Of a DNA stretch of 64,000 bases, positions 63,387-64,000 are shown in pieces. The stretch comes from a virus (lineage: Duplodnaviria; Caudoviricetes): the IMG/VR virus record IMGVR_UViG_3300031151_000426. One strand, written 5' to 3'. The notes below the pieces were generated by a model that worked only from the letters and a program-made list of their open reading frames with translations, made no database searches and had not been told where the DNA came from. Position numbers and translations under genes: made by a program. Position 1 is the first letter of the stretch, and every line of letters starts with the position of its first letter.

Positions 63387-64000
63387 TTATGCTCCGAGCT
63401 TAGTCCAGATATCGAGAGAGGAATCCATCGGCGCGTAGTTAATCATCACGGCGTCGGCGAGGTTCGGCGATTTTGTGCCTTCCGGCTGTTTATCCACGAG
63501 GATTTTACCGACGGCGTTTTTCGACCACGTAGGCTGTGAAAGCTCCATCAGCAGGCGGTCAATATTTTCTATCGCGCTGCTTATCGAAATGATTTCGTCG
63601 GGGTTGTAGTCCATCCCGTTCAGCGCGCGGAAGGTGTTACGAAACAGCTTGCGAAGATGCCACCAGCTCTGAGCTTTCGCGTTCGCGAAGAAGTCTTTAT
63701 TCAGGCGCGCCGCTTTACCGTTATCACCAGGAACGGCTTCATCTTCCGGATCGAATACGCTACCGCTACCACGGAAAGGCGTAGCTGTGATTGTTCCCCG
63801 GCCTTCAGCCTGCCTGAGCTCGTTTATCACGCGAGCATCGCCACGCGCCCCCGCGCCCAGACCGTCCTCATCAAAACGGAACTCATCCAGACCGTAATCG
63901 TCACAGTACCCAAACGATTTGACGACAGAGGCGTAGATGTCGCTGCCAATTCCAGACCATTCGTGAACGTTCTGCAGAAGGAAGCCATAGCGGCAAGAAA
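63387..64000 (-). CDS. Terminase large subunit, C-terminal part (truncated by the window edge)
   Basis: Frame open to the window end; DEDGLGAG, FFANAKAQSWW, SPNLADAV nuclease-domain motifs. Confidence 0.85.
   Translation of the reverse strand, partial: SCRYGFLLQNVHEWSGIGSDIYASVVKSFGYCDDYGLDEFRFDEDGLGAGARGDARVINELRQAEGRGTITATPFRGSGSVFDPEDEAVPGDNGKAARLNKDFFANAKAQSWWHLRKLFRNTFRALNGMDYNPDEIISISSAIENIDRLLMELSQPTWSKNAVGKILVDKQPEGTKSPNLADAVMINYAPMDSSLDIWTKLGA

Overview
The window holds an enterobacterial (Enterobacter-like) chromosomal segment with two prophages in tandem at a tRNA-Leu(UAA) (leuZ-type) locus. A 64-bp direct repeat carrying the 3' part of the tRNA lies at 1136-1199 and 42213-42276. 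Prophage 1 (about 1.2-42.2 kb) looks complete. It is an HK97-like cos siphovirus with HK97-type head genes, a non-contractile tail, lysis genes, Q, replication genes, cro/cI, an early-left operon, and xis/int. Prophage 2 (42.3 kb to beyond the window end) is an unrelated contractile-tail phage with an O-acyltransferase moron. The most notable signal is a two-gene, three-domain glycosyltransferase cassette in prophage 1's late operon, coupled to the HNH gene next to cos. The capsid and tail-tube proteins both end in Ser-Gly-Ser, which suggests virion glycosylation of the kind described in mycobacteriophages. Other candidates are a TGT/DpdA-like gene beside an MT-A70 methyltransferase, a structured ~770-nt pL leader with a CCA-ending tRNA-like element, an antisense HEPN-motif moron, and LexA-box-controlled DinI/HumD-like modules at the left end of each prophage. 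All family assignments come from motif recognition by eye; no searches were run.
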